This document shows, in pieces, positions 11,366 through 25,019 of a stretch of DNA of 64,000 nucleotides. This DNA is from Chiloscyllium plagiosum. Taxonomy: Eukaryota. Position numbers and translations under genes: made by a program. The notes beneath the pieces were generated by a model. It was not told where the DNA came from. It did no database searches and saw only the letters and a program-made list of their open reading frames with translations. Positions within the stretch are counted from its first letter, which is position 1. Each line of letters begins with the position of its first letter. The stretch is from positions 62,666,311-62,730,310 of the forward strand of contig NC_057718.1 of NCBI RefSeq assembly GCF_004010195.1. Direction: 5' to 3'.

Positions 11366-13714
11366 TTTAGAGCTGCTAATGTTAGACTGTTGTTTAAAAC
11401 GTGAAGAGAGATGGCCTGATAAATTCAAACCTATCATCCTAAACTCCAGGATGAACAAGTTAAAATTGTGGGAGACAGTAAAAATTCTCAGTTAGAAAGG
11501 CTGGATTAATTAAAGAGGGTTAGTATATATTTAAGAGAAGCTTGTATTGGACTAACTTGATTGACATTTATGGAGGAGGTAAAAAGAAGTGTTGATGAAC
11601 ATGATGCATTTGGTATAATCTATATTAATTTTCACAAGGTCTATGATTTTGTCCCTCATGGGAGGCTTATCTGAAAATTAAAAGGTTCTGGGACTCAAGC
11701 AAATTTTCTTTGGGTATGTGAGTGACTTGTTTCATTAAGCAGCCCATTTAAATCTTGTTGAACAACTGCACACATGAAGTAACTAGAAGGCGCCAAATTG
11801 TACATTACCTCCTTGGGACTTTTTGAGCTCCTTATTAAAGTCCACACATATAAGTTGGGAACGTGGTTGATTGGTGTTTAAGGGTTTTTTTTTTAACAGT
11901 AAGGGAAGTATATTATCAGAAAAATCACCATCTCTAGGTTTGTGAATCTTTTCATACCTAAAGGACTATTCAACTAATCAGACATAAAGCTGTTGAGAAA
12001 GGCAATAAAAAATTGCTACCATAGCAAGTAAAAGTTAACCAGTTACATTACGGCCTCATGTATATGGAAGCTGCAGTACTATATTGAAATAGAATCACCT
12101 CCTTAAATCAATACAAGTTCAAACCAATCCTTTATAGCAGGGTTTCCCTAAAGTTGTTCAGTTGTGAGGGCTTGTGACAGCACAATATCTCAAATTTGGT
12201 CAGAAACAGATGGAATTTATAACTCATGAACTTTGTGAACAATTATATCAAATTAACATGGTTTCTGGTAATCAAATTAAAATGAATATTTCAGAGCAGT
12301 CACCCAAATGTGAACAGCTGTCATGTGGTAGGAGTAATGCTTAATAAAAATGAATGGAAAATTTGAAGATGCCACTCACTGTATAATGCACATCTGGGAC
12401 GTTGTTCCCACCAACATTTTGGATGCAAACATATTTGTGAAGGTGACAGCAAGATCCAGGAATGGTGTTTCCAACTAGAAAGATCAGCAAAATAATGACC
12501 TGCAAGACTAGCCCAGAATGTTCATCTCATGTTTTGACACCCAAAAATATTTTTTGGTGAGCCTATAAGAGTACCCTCGTTTCAATGCTAGACAACAGCA
12601 AGATTCCAGGTGACTTTGTAGGTAGCCAGTTATGCACTACATTAAGCGTCAACTTAAATTACCAAACATTGAGCCCCTCCTTGCTCAGTGATAATGGTTG
12701 ACAACTGACTCATTTTGTTTTCATTTCTCTTGTAATAGAATATTCTTAACATTGTTTAAAATGTTTTCAAGCTGTTACATTTTGATTTCTTGCAGCTAAA
12801 TTCAATGGTATTGGACAGTACAACATATTACACTGAAGGCAATGTCTGCCATTATTCTTAAATCACCTGAACAGTGATGTAGCTGATGATGGGAGTAGAT
12901 GGTCCCATGTCAGAGTAGAACTGCGGCAGTACAGTGAGAATGTGTTGGAATGTGTTGCAGGCTGGTTATCAACTGTAGAATCATGTCATTAATGCACCTT
13001 CCAGGAAAACACATTTAAACCCAGAGTTTGGAGTTGGAGGTAGGAGGTGCAAATCCGATGAAAAGATTCACAAATCTAGAGATGGTGATTTGTCTGATAA
13101 TATATTCCTAGTCCAGAATGCTATCTGACACAGATGACTGTCACTATTTCAGACTCATTTTTTATTTTGCTAATTTCCATAGAACTTAAATGCAACATAT
13201 TGAGGTGCACCAGCTTTACAACATTTTCAAGAAGATTCTATGACTATCCCATAATAATTTAAATGAAAAGTGACAGAAAGTAAATGGTTCCTAAATCATC
13301 ATTTCTTTTTCTGGTTTATTTCTGATTTCCAGCATCCGTAGTATTGTGCTTTTGTAGTTCGATAATTCTGATTGGTCGGGTTTGGCGAGGTGGTTTTCTG
13401 TTGGTGTGGATGGGTGAGAGTTGCAGTGGCCCTGTTGGGAGAGCAAGGAAGGTGAAATGGTGCATTCAAATCATTGCATGTGTGTTATATGGTTGGTTGG
13501 GGCTACTTTCAGTGAGCACTGAACTTCTGTGTACAGATATGGAGAGTTAGAGTGGGAGTAGGCCATTCAGCCCATCAGCATCTGCAGACCTCACTTTCTC
13601 CCCATTCAGCCCATCAAACCTGTTCTGACAATTGGTATAATCATAAAGATTTAATTCACTTGTGGGATGTGGGAGCCACTGGCTGGCCAGCATTTAGTGC
13701 CCATCCCTAGTTAC

Positions 13715-14350
13715 TGTGTGGCTGCTGTGGCTTTCCCCTGATAGGTTCCCCCCCAACCCCCAAACAGTATCTAAAATGATATACTTATTGTTGAGGGGGA
13801 TGGCTGCAGGGGATCCCTGCATCATCTGCCTATTCCCTTTCTCTCTCCTGGCAATCATCCAGATATGTCTATCCTGTAAATTAAATCCTAACTACCTCCC
13901 TATAATTCCTGTATATCACCCCCTCAGCTTCTTGAATGATCCTAAGTTCATCCAGCTCCAGCTCCAGTTCCCTAACCTGGTCTGTGAGGAGCTGGAGTTG
14001 GGTGCACTTCTCACAGGCAAAGTCAGCAGAGACACCAGTGGTGACCCTTACCTCCCACATCCTGCAAGAGGAGCATACAACTGCCCTAGCCCCCTCTGCT
14101 CTAAAGTGCCAAAAACGATTTTAAAAAATCTACTTTACCAACCATCCAGACAGTCTTTTTTTTGGTTAGAGGAGGAAGAGTGGGAAACACTACACGAGTA
14201 TATTAGTTCACTTACTCAGCAGTCCCAGTGTCTGCTTCTGCTCCTGTTCAGCCTTTGCTTTGCCAATTCACAAGGTAAATATTTTATATTCAAATTTACC
14301 TTCCCGGCTGCCCCTGGCTCATGCTCTCTCAACTCCCACTGCTGACTTTG
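13715..14350 (-). mobile_element. CR1 5' region and ORF1 remnant
   Basis: Minus strand MWEVRVTTGVSADFACEKCTQLQLLTDQVRELELELDELRIIQEAE and AIPLNNKY, a zinc-finger/leucine-zipper type CR1 ORF1. Confidence 0.7.
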
Positions 14351-14372
14351 TTCACCACTGAGGCACAATACT

Positions 14373-14695
14373 GGGGCGGCACAGTGGCACAGTGGTTAGC
14401 ACTGCTGCCTCACAGCGCCAGAGACCCGCGTTCAATTCCCGCCTCAGGCGACTGACTGTGTGGAGTTTGCACATTCTTCCCGTGTCTGCGTGGGTTTCCT
14501 CCGGGTGCTCCGGTTTCCTCCCACAGTCCAAAAATGTGCAGGGTAGGTGAATTGGCCATGCTAAATTGCCCGTAGTGTTAGGTAAGGGGTAAATATAGGG
14601 GTATGGGTGGGTTGCGCTTCGGCGGGTCAGTGTGGACTTGTTGGGCCGAAGGGCCTGTTTCCACACTGTAAGTAATCTAATCTTAGTAATCTAAT
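14373..14695 (+). mobile_element. tRNA-derived V-SINE (HE1-like)
   Basis: Near-identical to the 8625-8940 copy. Confidence 0.9.
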
Positions 14696-15909
14696 AAACG
14701 GTTGCTTAATTTTAAAAAAGCTGTTTTCTTCATGATAATGTATGAGACAATTCTAATGAAGTCCAAAACATTAGAGATGCTGAAGTCTCCAACTGCTTCA
14801 CTCCACTCCATATGGAATTTAATCAGGGACCCATCCAGCTTAGATTATGGAAATGTGGTCCACCTGGATATCCAGGCCAAAGTCAGATTCTGAAAACTCA
14901 ACACAGAGGTAAATAAATCATGTTACCTTTGCTTTCAAGGCTGCTTGCTGATATAACAGTAAGATCCAGCAATTGTGTTGTCCAGTTTGAACAACAGCAG
15001 TATAATAATCTGGAGCAGAGGTCTGCGACATATAAATTGTGATCACTTTATAAATCTGTCTCTCTGACAGTCTACCTCAATGCGCACCGTCTTTCCTCAC
15101 TACTACTTCCACTTCCACAAGGCTAGAGAAAAGTGAGTACTCTTGTCAGGCTCTGTCAGCTTGTTCCATCATGTTTTAGTTTGGTCGAAGTGGTCTATCA
15201 TTGAAGGGTAAAGTATGTTTTGGGCTGTCAATGGAAACAAATAAATAAGACATACATTCGGAACAGATCTGAGAAGTCAGTATAATACAATAGTAGAAAC
15301 CAAGGAGACTGCTCAGCCTATCATGTCTGTACAGACTCTCTGTAACAGCAGCTCAGCAAGCTCACTCCTCTAATCCCTCACTGTAGACTTGCAACTCTTT
15401 ATCATTTGTTTCTTATCTAATACATCCTTGCAGATGATGAAAAAAAGACAGGGAGTGCTGCTGCACACAACATCCAATATCCAAGCCACACAGGCTGATT
15501 GAGATTTCAGAAACACATTTTGAAGACAGAAATTATCTCTCATGCATCCACTTTTGAAAGCAGCCAGAAACATTCTAGATGCTCCAAATGCATGGATCCA
15601 GACGCCGACCTGCAGTCTAACCAATGGTAGAGTAATGTCACAAATTACAAGGTAAAACAATAATGATGTGAGATAACTAGGAACACCAAAAAGACCTTAA
15701 AAGATAAGAACGCTTGCCTTGTATGTCACCATGTGTATCATAATGCAAAAAAAGAATTTGAAACAATACTACACAACATTGCACAGTAAATTTACAGATA
15801 GTTTTCCCTGGAACAGTGTGTTTCAGACAAAGGAAATTGAGGAGTTGAAGGCTGTTTTGAAAATTCCACAGCAGGTATTTTTCTGAACCAGCAGAAAAAT
15901 GGTAGAGCT

Positions 15910-16100
15910 GTGGATGTTGAAGTTCTGAAGCAAAGACAGAAATTGCTGGAGGAATTTGGAGGGTCTGGCAGTAAATTTGGAGAGGAAGCAGAACCAACCC
16001 TTTGAACTTGAACATTAACTCTGCTTTGTCTCCACAGATGCTGCCAGAGTTTTCTGGCAATTTCCGTTTTTGTTTCGCAACTTCATCATCTGCAGTTCTT
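15910..16100. mobile_element. Degenerate inverted pair of PLE tails
   Basis: Minus-strand tail (gaaattgctgg..tctggcag) followed by plus-strand tail (cacagatgctgccaga..gcaatttc). Confidence 0.55.
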
Positions 16101-16144
16101 TGATTATATCTTAATGTTTAACTCACTACCACATTTCACACTTC

Positions 16145-16945
16145 ACTTGACGATGGAGCAGCACTCCAAAAGCTTGTGATTTTAAATAAACCTGTGGACT
16201 ATAACCTGGTGTTGTGTGACTTTTGACATCTTTTTGAGGTATACCCATCTTGAAGTTTTGCTATTCTGATAGGATTTCTGTTCTTTCTTCTTCACCATCA
16301 TTACTATCGTCATTCCTAGCATTTGACAATGTTTGCCTAAACTTGCTTCCATTCCACATAACATTCCTCAGTGATTGCTGCCAGCTCAGACTTACCACCA
16401 CATAGATTCCAATTGAAGTTACATCCTTTGCGTTTTGAATTCACCCAGGATCAAAGGTGGTGTGCAATACTCCTCAGACTGCTGTTCGCACCACATCCTG
16501 GGATCCACACTCAGTGCCACATGCACACTCTTGACCTTTCTTTCCATCAGCACTATCCCACGTAGGCTCAGAGCTGCCCTGCTCTCCCAGTTCCACTTCA
16601 TCCTCTGATTTGTTCAACTTCAACAAGAAACCTTTTTTCTTTCTTTCAGGCACTAAGGAACTGAAGTTGCAGCAACTCAGAGGTACGCACAACCCTCTGG
16701 AACCTTCTTTCCCTCTACTTCGCCATGTTCCCATTCCTTTTCATAACCCAACCTCATTTTGAGTATTTGCTATCCCTTCTGACATTCCACTCTGATTCTG
16801 AACGTTCTGTATTCAACCAAGGTCTTAGTTTTATCCCTCTGCATCCCACCTCAATGAGTGTACTGAAGAAGGGTCACTGGACTCAAATGATAACTCTGCT
16901 ATCTCTCCACAGATGTTGCCAGACCTGCTGTGTTTCTGTTTTTGT
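16145..16945 (+). mobile_element. PLE fragments (short tail, ORF N-terminal remnant, 3' tail)
   Basis: 16148-16225 matches the 25590 family; SERSVFNQGLSFIP motif; decayed ctgaagaaggg.. tail at 16862. Confidence 0.55.
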
Positions 16946-17019
16946 AGCATAAGATAATAATGCTACAATGAAGCATCATTTCACATTTGCCATGATGCTC
17001 TAGATGCTTCAGGAAGGAT

Positions 17020-17590
17020 AGATGTTGGTGAGGCCACATTTGGAGTACAGTGTTCAGTTCTGGATGCCCCACTATAGAAAGAACATTATTAAACTAGAAC
17101 GAGTGCAGAAAAGATTTACTAGGATGCTCACTAGTCTGCAAGGTTTGAGGAATCAAGAGTGTCTGAATAGACTGGGAATATTTTCCCTGGAGTGTAGGAG
17201 ACTTAGGGGTAACCTTATAGAGGTCTATAAAATCATAAGAGGCATAGATAAAGGTAGGCAGCGAACATCGTTTCCCTATGGTCGGGGAGTCGGAAGCTAG
17301 AGGATATAGGCTTAAGGTAAGAGGGGACAGATACAAAAGGGTCCAGAGGGGCAACTTTGTTTTAACACAGAGAGTGGTCGAGTATCTGGAATGGGGTGCT
17401 AGCCGTAGTTGGAAAGAAGTACAGTTTAGCCATTTGAGAAACATTTAGACAGGTACATGGATGGGTTAAGTATGGAGAGATATGGACTAAACACAGGCAA
17501 ATGGGACTAATTTAAATTGTGAAAACTGGGCGGCATGGACAAGTTGGGCCAAAGGGCCTGTTTTCATGCCGTAGACCTCTATGACTCTAA
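17020..17590 (+). mobile_element. CR1 3' fragment
   Basis: LVRPHLEYSVQFW..LERVQKRFTRML..RLRGNLIEVYKI and tail ending ctctatgactct. Confidence 0.9.
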
Positions 17591-17699
17591 TTGGGAAGGA
17601 GACCTTCAGTTTGGTATTGTCTTTGCAATATTTCAAAATTTATATTGCCAGTAACATGTCTGCTCTCAAAGGTCCTACAACGTTTGATCAAAGCATCTG

Positions 17700-18430
17700 C
17701 AAAGGGATAAAGTGTGTGCACACAATATAACACCTAGCAGATTGTGGGAAAATGAGTGTCTTGGTAGGAAGAACAATTAATCAAAATATTATTAAATGCA
17801 GTGTATACGGATTGCAGTGGTACCAACAGATCTGGCTGTCTTTGTACATGAAATACAAAACGTTAGCATGCAGGTTTAAAAAGTAATTAGGATGGCAAGT
17901 TGAATGTTGGTCCTTATTACAAGGAGAATGAAGTAAAAAGGGAAGTCTTGCAGCACTATAAAGTATGTTGGTGAGACCAAACCTCGAAATACTGCATAGA
18001 GTTTTGGTTTCTTTATTTAAGCTGGGATATGTTGGCATTGAAGGGAGTTCATGCAAGACCCTTTAGTTTAATTCCTGGTATGGAAGCATTGCTTAATGAG
18101 GAGAAGCTGGGCTTCACTGAAGTTCAAAAGAATGGGATGCAATCTTGTTGAAACACAAGATTCTGAATCTAGAAACAGGAGCGTTAGTTTCAGAATGAAG
18201 GACTGGCTATTTAAGATGGATACAAGAAGGAATTTTTAAAACAGAACTTGCTGGAATTCTCTATCCCTAGGTATTTCTGGGTACTGAACCACTGAATATA
18301 TTCAAGGCTGATGCAGGCTCCCTTTTTGAACCACAAGGGAGTCAAGAGTTCTGGGAAAAGTGGAGTCCATATAGAAAGCACTGAATGGCAAAACAGGCTT
18401 GAGGTAGTCCTACTCCTGCATCTATTTAAA
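17700..18430 (+). mobile_element. Older CR1 3' fragment
   Basis: Decayed LVRP-LEYC and WNSL motifs. Confidence 0.65.
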
Positions 18431-19809
18431 TTCTTGTTAAGAGCAGGTGATTAGCAGTTGAGGAGCAACATATATCTCATTTAACATTTAAAATAGGAGA
18501 GTCAGTGCAAAAAGAGCCCATTAATGAAACAAAGGTTTGCAGATGATGGCTATTTGGTCCATCATATCTTTGGCATCTGTCATTACTGTCATCCAAAATT
18601 AAATCCTCTCCTGTATTCACTCCCCATAATTTTGTATCTTTCGCTACTTCAAATATTTATTCACTACACCAAATAAACATTGTTTTTACCTCAATCTTTC
18701 ATTTGGTAAGGCATGTCATGCTTCCTTTGAGTTTAGAAATTTCCTTCTAATCCCTGATCTCAACTTTCAGTGGTAATTTCAAATTGATGAACACCTCACT
18801 AACTCATCAAACAAAAGGGTCTATTCTATTTTCTCTGATCAAACCAATTTTAAAACTAAACCTCAGCTATCTCTGTCCACTTGCTCTCTTCATCACTGCA
18901 GTTTCTCCATCTGTAAAATGATCCCAATGAATCTATAGGAGTGGGTTTAATATCCACTCTGTAACAGATACCAAAACCACACCAACTGAACTAGAAAACT
19001 AAAGTTTGAGATAAATACTGAACGAGAAAATTAAACTAAGTACAATAACAGAAAGCTTAACAGAAAATATTAGCTTAAATCAAAACAAATGAAATCTAAC
19101 TAAGAATGGACCAAGATGGGAGTTAACTCAACCAGCGTCAGAAATCTTCCTAAAGAATAATTTGCCAGTATGATGATCATAATAACTCCCAAGTATATAT
19201 GTTAATTTTTCTGAATGTAGCATTTCTTGAAAGAAACCAAGATGCAATGATTAATTAAGGTTGCAAAGAATTACCGTGATTGGAGATTGGACATGGAATT
19301 AAAGACCGTTTGCTCAGATCATCATCAGTTGAGATGCTGCACAGTTTGAGAGTTTTTATTAAAAATGAGCATAAATCTTTCATGTGGAGAATGTGTGTGG
19401 CCTAGTGATTGACCTCCTTCATGCCCCTTCCTCAGATTACTACCCTGTAGAGAATCCTTTCAGTAACAGATTCTCCAAAAACATGACAGTCAACAGCTGA
19501 GGATTATCTTTAACAGGAGAAATATGCACAGCTTATGTTATGCAGCATAGGATTGTCAATTCAATTGAATTAAATCCTTTTACAATTAGATTACTTTTTT
19601 GGGGGGTTCAAATATCCTTTGTTACCAATTCTGTACTTTGGTTTATTTGGGTGGAAAATCCATTTACCTCAAATCATTTTTTTCAAATTTGCAGATATAT
19701 TTAAGATAAAATTTTATCCAGATTCATCTTTTCTCCCTTAATTGAATGGTACGTTGGATTTATTTTGTATATGTAGATCAGATAATGGAGCAGCATAATG
19801 CCTTCTTAC

Positions 19810-20095
19810 TGGCTCAGTGGTTAGCTTTGCTGCCTCACAGTTCCAAGGTCCCAGGTTCGATTCCAGCCTCGGGTGACTGTCTGTGTGGAGTTTGCACATT
19901 CTCCCTGTGTCTGCGTGGGTCTCCTCCCACAGTCCAAAGATGTGCAGGTCAGGTGAATTGGCCATGCTAAATTGCCCATAGTGTTAGATCAATTAGTCAG
20001 AGGAAATGGGTCTGGGTGGATTACTCTTCGGAGGGTCGGTGTGGTCTGGTTGGGCCAAAGGGCCTGTTTCCACACTATAGGGAATCTAATCTAAT
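19810..20095 (+). mobile_element. V-SINE (HE1-like)
   Basis: Same head, V-domain and tail; ends aatctaatctaat. Confidence 0.88.
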
Positions 20096-20828
20096 GTATA
20101 TCTAATTGATTCTGGAATACATGACCACGTGTTAGCATTTTGTCTTCTGGGGTATCCTTCTGCATAGGTCTGTAACATTGAAAGTTGAATTAACTTTGCA
20201 TCTTACTTTTTTTTGGTCAGAAATGATGAAAATGCAAACTCTCTGTGCACAAGGTGAAAATTTGATATAATTGTCAGAAATAATGCACAACACAGGAATG
20301 TGGATAAGTCTTTTTCATAATGCATCAAGCATTAGTGTGGTCTCAATACTTGTGTATGGGAAATTCATTTTCAATACAAAAACAAAATCCTCACCACTAA
20401 ATGTTTTATAAGACGTTAAGCACTTCCAAAGCCTGTCCAAGTTTGATTTAAAATGTATTTATTCGAAAGGCTTACAGTAGAATCAGGAAGGACAGAGCGA
20501 ATGATCTGGCCTCAATAATTGGCTCAATGCTTTTAGTACAGTAGCATTGAACCTTTAGTGTTAGATTAAATCCATAATAGTGCATTAAAAACCCATTATG
20601 GCTGGCTTTTATTTGCATGTCAGTGTAAAACTACTTATCAAATGGCAAACTCTGATCTTAGGTCAATTTAACATGGACAATGAGACTGTGTCAGCAAGAA
20701 AGACAACTTCATTTTTTTAGTAATTAAGTTATGAATCCACTACCTACTTTATTCCTTTGTGCAGAATAGTTGGCAGTTAATTTCTGTACATAATAAAACA
20801 TTCTTGAGAACAAAATAAAGTTCTAATT

Positions 20829-20848
20829 TTTATTTTGTGTGCTTTATT
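20829..20848 (-). terminator. Candidate USP34 polyadenylation signals (AATAAA at 20843-20848 and 20829-20834)
   Basis: tttatt twice on + strand, ~630 bp past the stop. Confidence 0.55.
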
Positions 20849-21470
20849 TCCACCATGGGAAACCTGTCAGATAAAGCACCTTATTTATACCAGTCGATGT
20901 CTACAGAGGATTCTTAACAGAATCAAATTAATCGTGGTTGGTTTAGTATACAAGTAAACAACTTAATTTGGATAATAGAACCACGGAGATTTGAGGCAAA
21001 GTTGCCTCCTTAATAGAGTACAAAAACTGGCAACAAAAGACACAATATTATACACAGTAAAAATGCAATATCTTTAAATTACATCATACAATATGAAGAA
21101 CAAAAATTTCTGTAACCCTTCACCCGAAGATACACCTCAAATCTGGATGAAAAGCCACAAATTACTTCTATGTAAAAGCTGACCATTAATATGATTGCCC
21201 TTGAGAAATGTGCTGTAAATGCCTTTGTTTTAAGTTATCTATAAATTTGTGTTTAGGTTTTCACTTATCACATCTTCAAGCGCATAACCCGAACACACGA
21301 TTTCTCTCATGGCTGAGATGCTTCTTCATACAAACAACTAACAGGCATTCAAGCAGAAAAATGTCACTTGACAGTGAAGCACAAAGCATCAGATCCAACA
21401 GGCAGAACAAAATTAAACAAAACTCAAACCGTATTTAAAAAAGACAGAACTAGTCATGCTAGTAGTCTCA
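20829..21470 (-). other. USP34: Probable USP34 3' UTR
   Basis: AT-rich sequence with no recognisable repeats after the stop codon, ending at tandem minus-strand AATAAA. Confidence 0.65.
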
Positions 21471-22099
21471 TCAAGAAGTGGGTTGATTCCCTCTGCTCAA
21501 TATTCTTGTGACTGCACTAATTGTAGATTCAATGGTCCTGCACAAATTATCTAAAAGATCCTGTTGCTGCATATTAAAGAGTCCTCTGGAATGGGTACAA
21601 CTGCTGGATAAAGTGGTCTCTGGGTCAAAAGGCAGATTTTGAGCCTCACAGTTTCTAAGGTCAGTCAGATCTGATAAAATTGTAGTAACAGGTGGTGGTG
21701 TCGAGGGAGAGTCAGAATCATCTTCATTCACATTAGTTTCCTTTTCAGAATTTAGTAGTTCCTTCACCACTTTGCAATCCTCCACAGAATCCTCCCCTTG
21801 CAACTGTTCTAAACAGTCCTGGGGCCTATTGCTGATTAATGTCTCACGTGCACCCGAAGAAAATTCCATTTTATCTTCTTTTACAGAAATTGGATCAGGG
21901 GTTGGCGGGTCATGTTCAGTGCCTGGATCAATGACTGCTGAGTCTCTAGTCTCAGTATCTGAGGTACTAGCTGGCGTCAATGCCTCTCTAGGTTCTGTCC
22001 TAGTGTCACTTGGAGTGCTATGCCCAGTGCTGTTGTCCAGAGGATGTTCTTCGTCACTACTAACACGCCTCCTTTTCACAGGAGTGGCTCCTTCATCAT
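21471..22099 (-). CDS. USP34: USP34 terminal coding exon, (D)DEGATPVKRRRVSSDEE...HSRGLFNMQQQDLLDNLCRTIESTISAVTRILSRGNQPTS*
   Basis: 629 bp from ccgcag acceptor to TGA; KRRRVSSDEE and LCRTIESTI motifs match the USP34 C-terminus. Confidence 0.97.
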
Positions 22100-24373
22100 C
22101 TGCGGAGAGAGGAAAAATGTTTAAATATTACCTAAACTGCATGAGGAACTAATGCTTGATTGAGTCACATATTGAATTGATCTTACGCAAACATTTACTT
22201 ACAGAAATTGATACAATTGTTAGCACAGAGCACTAAAGTTTTAATGTTAAGCTCAGAACCATAGGTTTGTGCCAATATCAATTACATGTTTCAGGTACAG
22301 GTGCTGACAAAACATCCATTTGCGGACTAGAAAGAAATCAATATACTTATTCACAGCTCTAAGACTCTTAAACCATTCAAAAAAAACTTTTTCAGTAAGA
22401 GGTGTAATTTTTAAAATATACCGATTGAAGCACTTGAAGTCTGCTCTGTACTAAGTTTATCTTTAAATTTATGATTACATTTGCTCATCATCGTCTTCGA
22501 GGCTTGGGGATGGCAATAGATATTGCCCTAGCCAGTGGAGCCATATTGCATGAAAAACTGGAATATTGCCCTATATAATGTGGATGCAAATATTCAGCAA
22601 CTTTTGTATATGGGAGTTATGTCTGTTAATTAATACCAATATTACTTCTAATTGAACAGGTTTTTAAAATGATTCTGCACTTAGTCAAACTCTTGAAATG
22701 CTTATAATCATGCTCCAGGCCAAGTACAAGAAAGCTGCATTTTATACCAAAGTACACACTACCTATGCTGCTTCCAAGCTCCATTTTCTACTTTAAACAT
22801 TTTATGACATTCTATAATATCCATGACATCCCTCTTAGGTAAAGTATTTTCATTGTTCGGTGTATTTTCATATTTACATGCACACTGTTTGTAGAAGTAT
22901 TTGCTGGAAAATGAGTATTTCATGTAACTCAAAGTTATGTAATGTCATGAGAACTCAAATAATAAAGCTTTATGAACAGAGTTATACAACAGCTACACAA
23001 AGCACCACAACTTGCTTCCAGTGAGTAGCTCTTGGCACACTTTAGAAAGCATAATTATTCATGATAGGAATGCAGCCTAGATTTACCAAAACGATAACTG
23101 CCTCAAAGAGTTAAACCACAAGAGGAGATTAGGAGGAGAAAGGTTATTCTGGTATTTGGAAAATTAAGGGTTAATTCGATAAGAGGTTTTCTAAACATTA
23201 TAAGGAACATAGAGGTAGGTAGAAATAAAGTATTTCCTTTGGTTGAGTAATTTGGATGATGGAGCAGATTATGAAAAAAGAGCAATACCTTTGAGAAATA
23301 TAATTAGGAAACATAGAAAGGATGGAAGATGTTCAGAATCCTTCTGAAGATGGCAACTGATACTAGATCAACCGGTAATTTTAAATCTGAGATTGATGGA
23401 TTTTGGAAGGTATTAATGGCTCAGGGTTTAGTCAACAGATCAGTTATGATCTTAATGAATGGAGGACAGGCTTGAGGAACTAAACAGTCTGACTTCTGTT
23501 CCTGTTTTCCAGCATTTTAGCTTCAGTAAGCCAATCAAATATATTAATTTGGAATCTTTCAGTTAAAATGTGCAAGTAAATTAAAATTTTATGAGGTAAC
23601 TGTATACTTTGATTTTACTGTGAACACAATAAAATGTTCATAGTAAAAGCACATTGATAACTTAAGATTTCTTCTGTTTTGTACTTGCACTTGGTAGCAT
23701 TTTGCTCTTAACTATAGCTGGACTGCTTTTGAGTTTATCCCTTTGTTCCTCCAACTTTATTCTTCGATGGGTGAGTGCGCTTTTGGAGGAGAGTTTTGTT
23801 GAGTATTTCCCTCAGAATTTAGATGCCAGATTCTTAGCATTTCTGCAATTGGTGTTTCTCTGAAGCTACCTATTTATTTTGGAGGGGATATACAGGTGCT
23901 ATTGAATTGTTTCCCCGGTGTTGTCTTTTTTTAACCCTACACCCATAACAGCACTTTTTTTTTGTCTGTCTGTATCAGCATGCAGAGGGATTTTAGAAGG
24001 GTGTTAGAGTTTTAACTGGTAGAGTTGTATGCTGACAGTTCAGAGGAGTTTATCTGCAGTTAGAATCTATGTATTTGTAATAAATAGTAGTTACTATTAA
24101 GTACAGAAATCTGGCCTGTGAATTCTGTTAACTTGAACCCATCAGTTATGTAAATTGGTGACTTTGCATATTTTGATAACATTTTTAACTTTAGTGACTG
24201 CCACAGAATAACCAAGCTTATTTCCAGCGCACCATCCCAGTGATCTGTAGAAAGATAATACAAGGCTTTATAAATCTATAATACCATAAAACTGCATTGA
24301 TGGGATATTAGTTATGATATTAAATTTGAAAAGCAAAATGTCAAAATTATTGCAGTGAATTTACTACACATAC

Positions 24374-24533
24374 CTTTAGTCTTTCTTTCCTTTGCTTCCT
24401 GTTCCTGTAGTGCACTTCTCTGTTGTTGACAAGTTCTGCACTTGTTCAACAAGCCCTGTAGCGTCTGAATTAGAGCTGAATCCAGCAATTTGGGGGTGTG
24501 TATGGAAAGTAGCAAGGCAAGAGCTCGGAGATC
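24374..24533 (-). CDS. USP34: USP34 penultimate coding exon, DLRALALLLSIHTPKLLDSALIQTLQGLLNKCRTCQQQRSALQEQEAKERKTK
   Basis: 160 bp, cag/gtatgt; phase 0 to 1. Confidence 0.96.
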
Positions 24534-24706
24534 CTGTTGAGAAGAAAATAAATCATAACCTGCTTGGTTTAGGAACTGGGTTGAAATGTGAAATGAATTT
24601 CACAGGGCAAGTTCAGAGACATGGTCAAGATTTGAATGCATCAATGAAGTTGTAGTTGAACCAAATCCTGAGATGTGAAAACACAAAATTCTAACCCAGT
24701 CTTTTT

Positions 24707-25019
24707 TAGATTAGATTGGATTCCATACAGTGTGGAAACAGGCCTTTGGCCCAACAAGTTCACACCAACCCTCCAAAAAGTAACCCACCCAGACCCATTT
24801 CCCTCTGACTAATGCACCTAACACTATGGGCAATTTAGCATGGCCAATTCACCTGACCTGCACATCTTTGGACTGTGGGAGGAAACCAGAGCACCTGGAG
24901 GAAACCCACGCAGACACGGGGAGAATGTGCAAACTCCACACAGACAGTCACCCAAGGCTGGAAATCAAACCTGGTGCTGCGAGGCAGCAGTGCTAACCAC
25001 TGTGCCACCATGCCACCCC
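24707..25019 (-). mobile_element. V-SINE (HE1-like) in a USP34 intron
   Basis: Reverse complement of the SINE. Confidence 0.88.

Noticed and set aside
13716..14345. 209-aa plus-strand ORF
   Set aside because: Antisense shadow of a CR1 ORF1/5' UTR remnant.
14927..15022. Possible minus-strand 96-bp exon (cag/gtaaca) downstream of USP34
   Set aside because: No recognisable protein similarity and a weak pyrimidine tract; the USP34 CDS is already complete.
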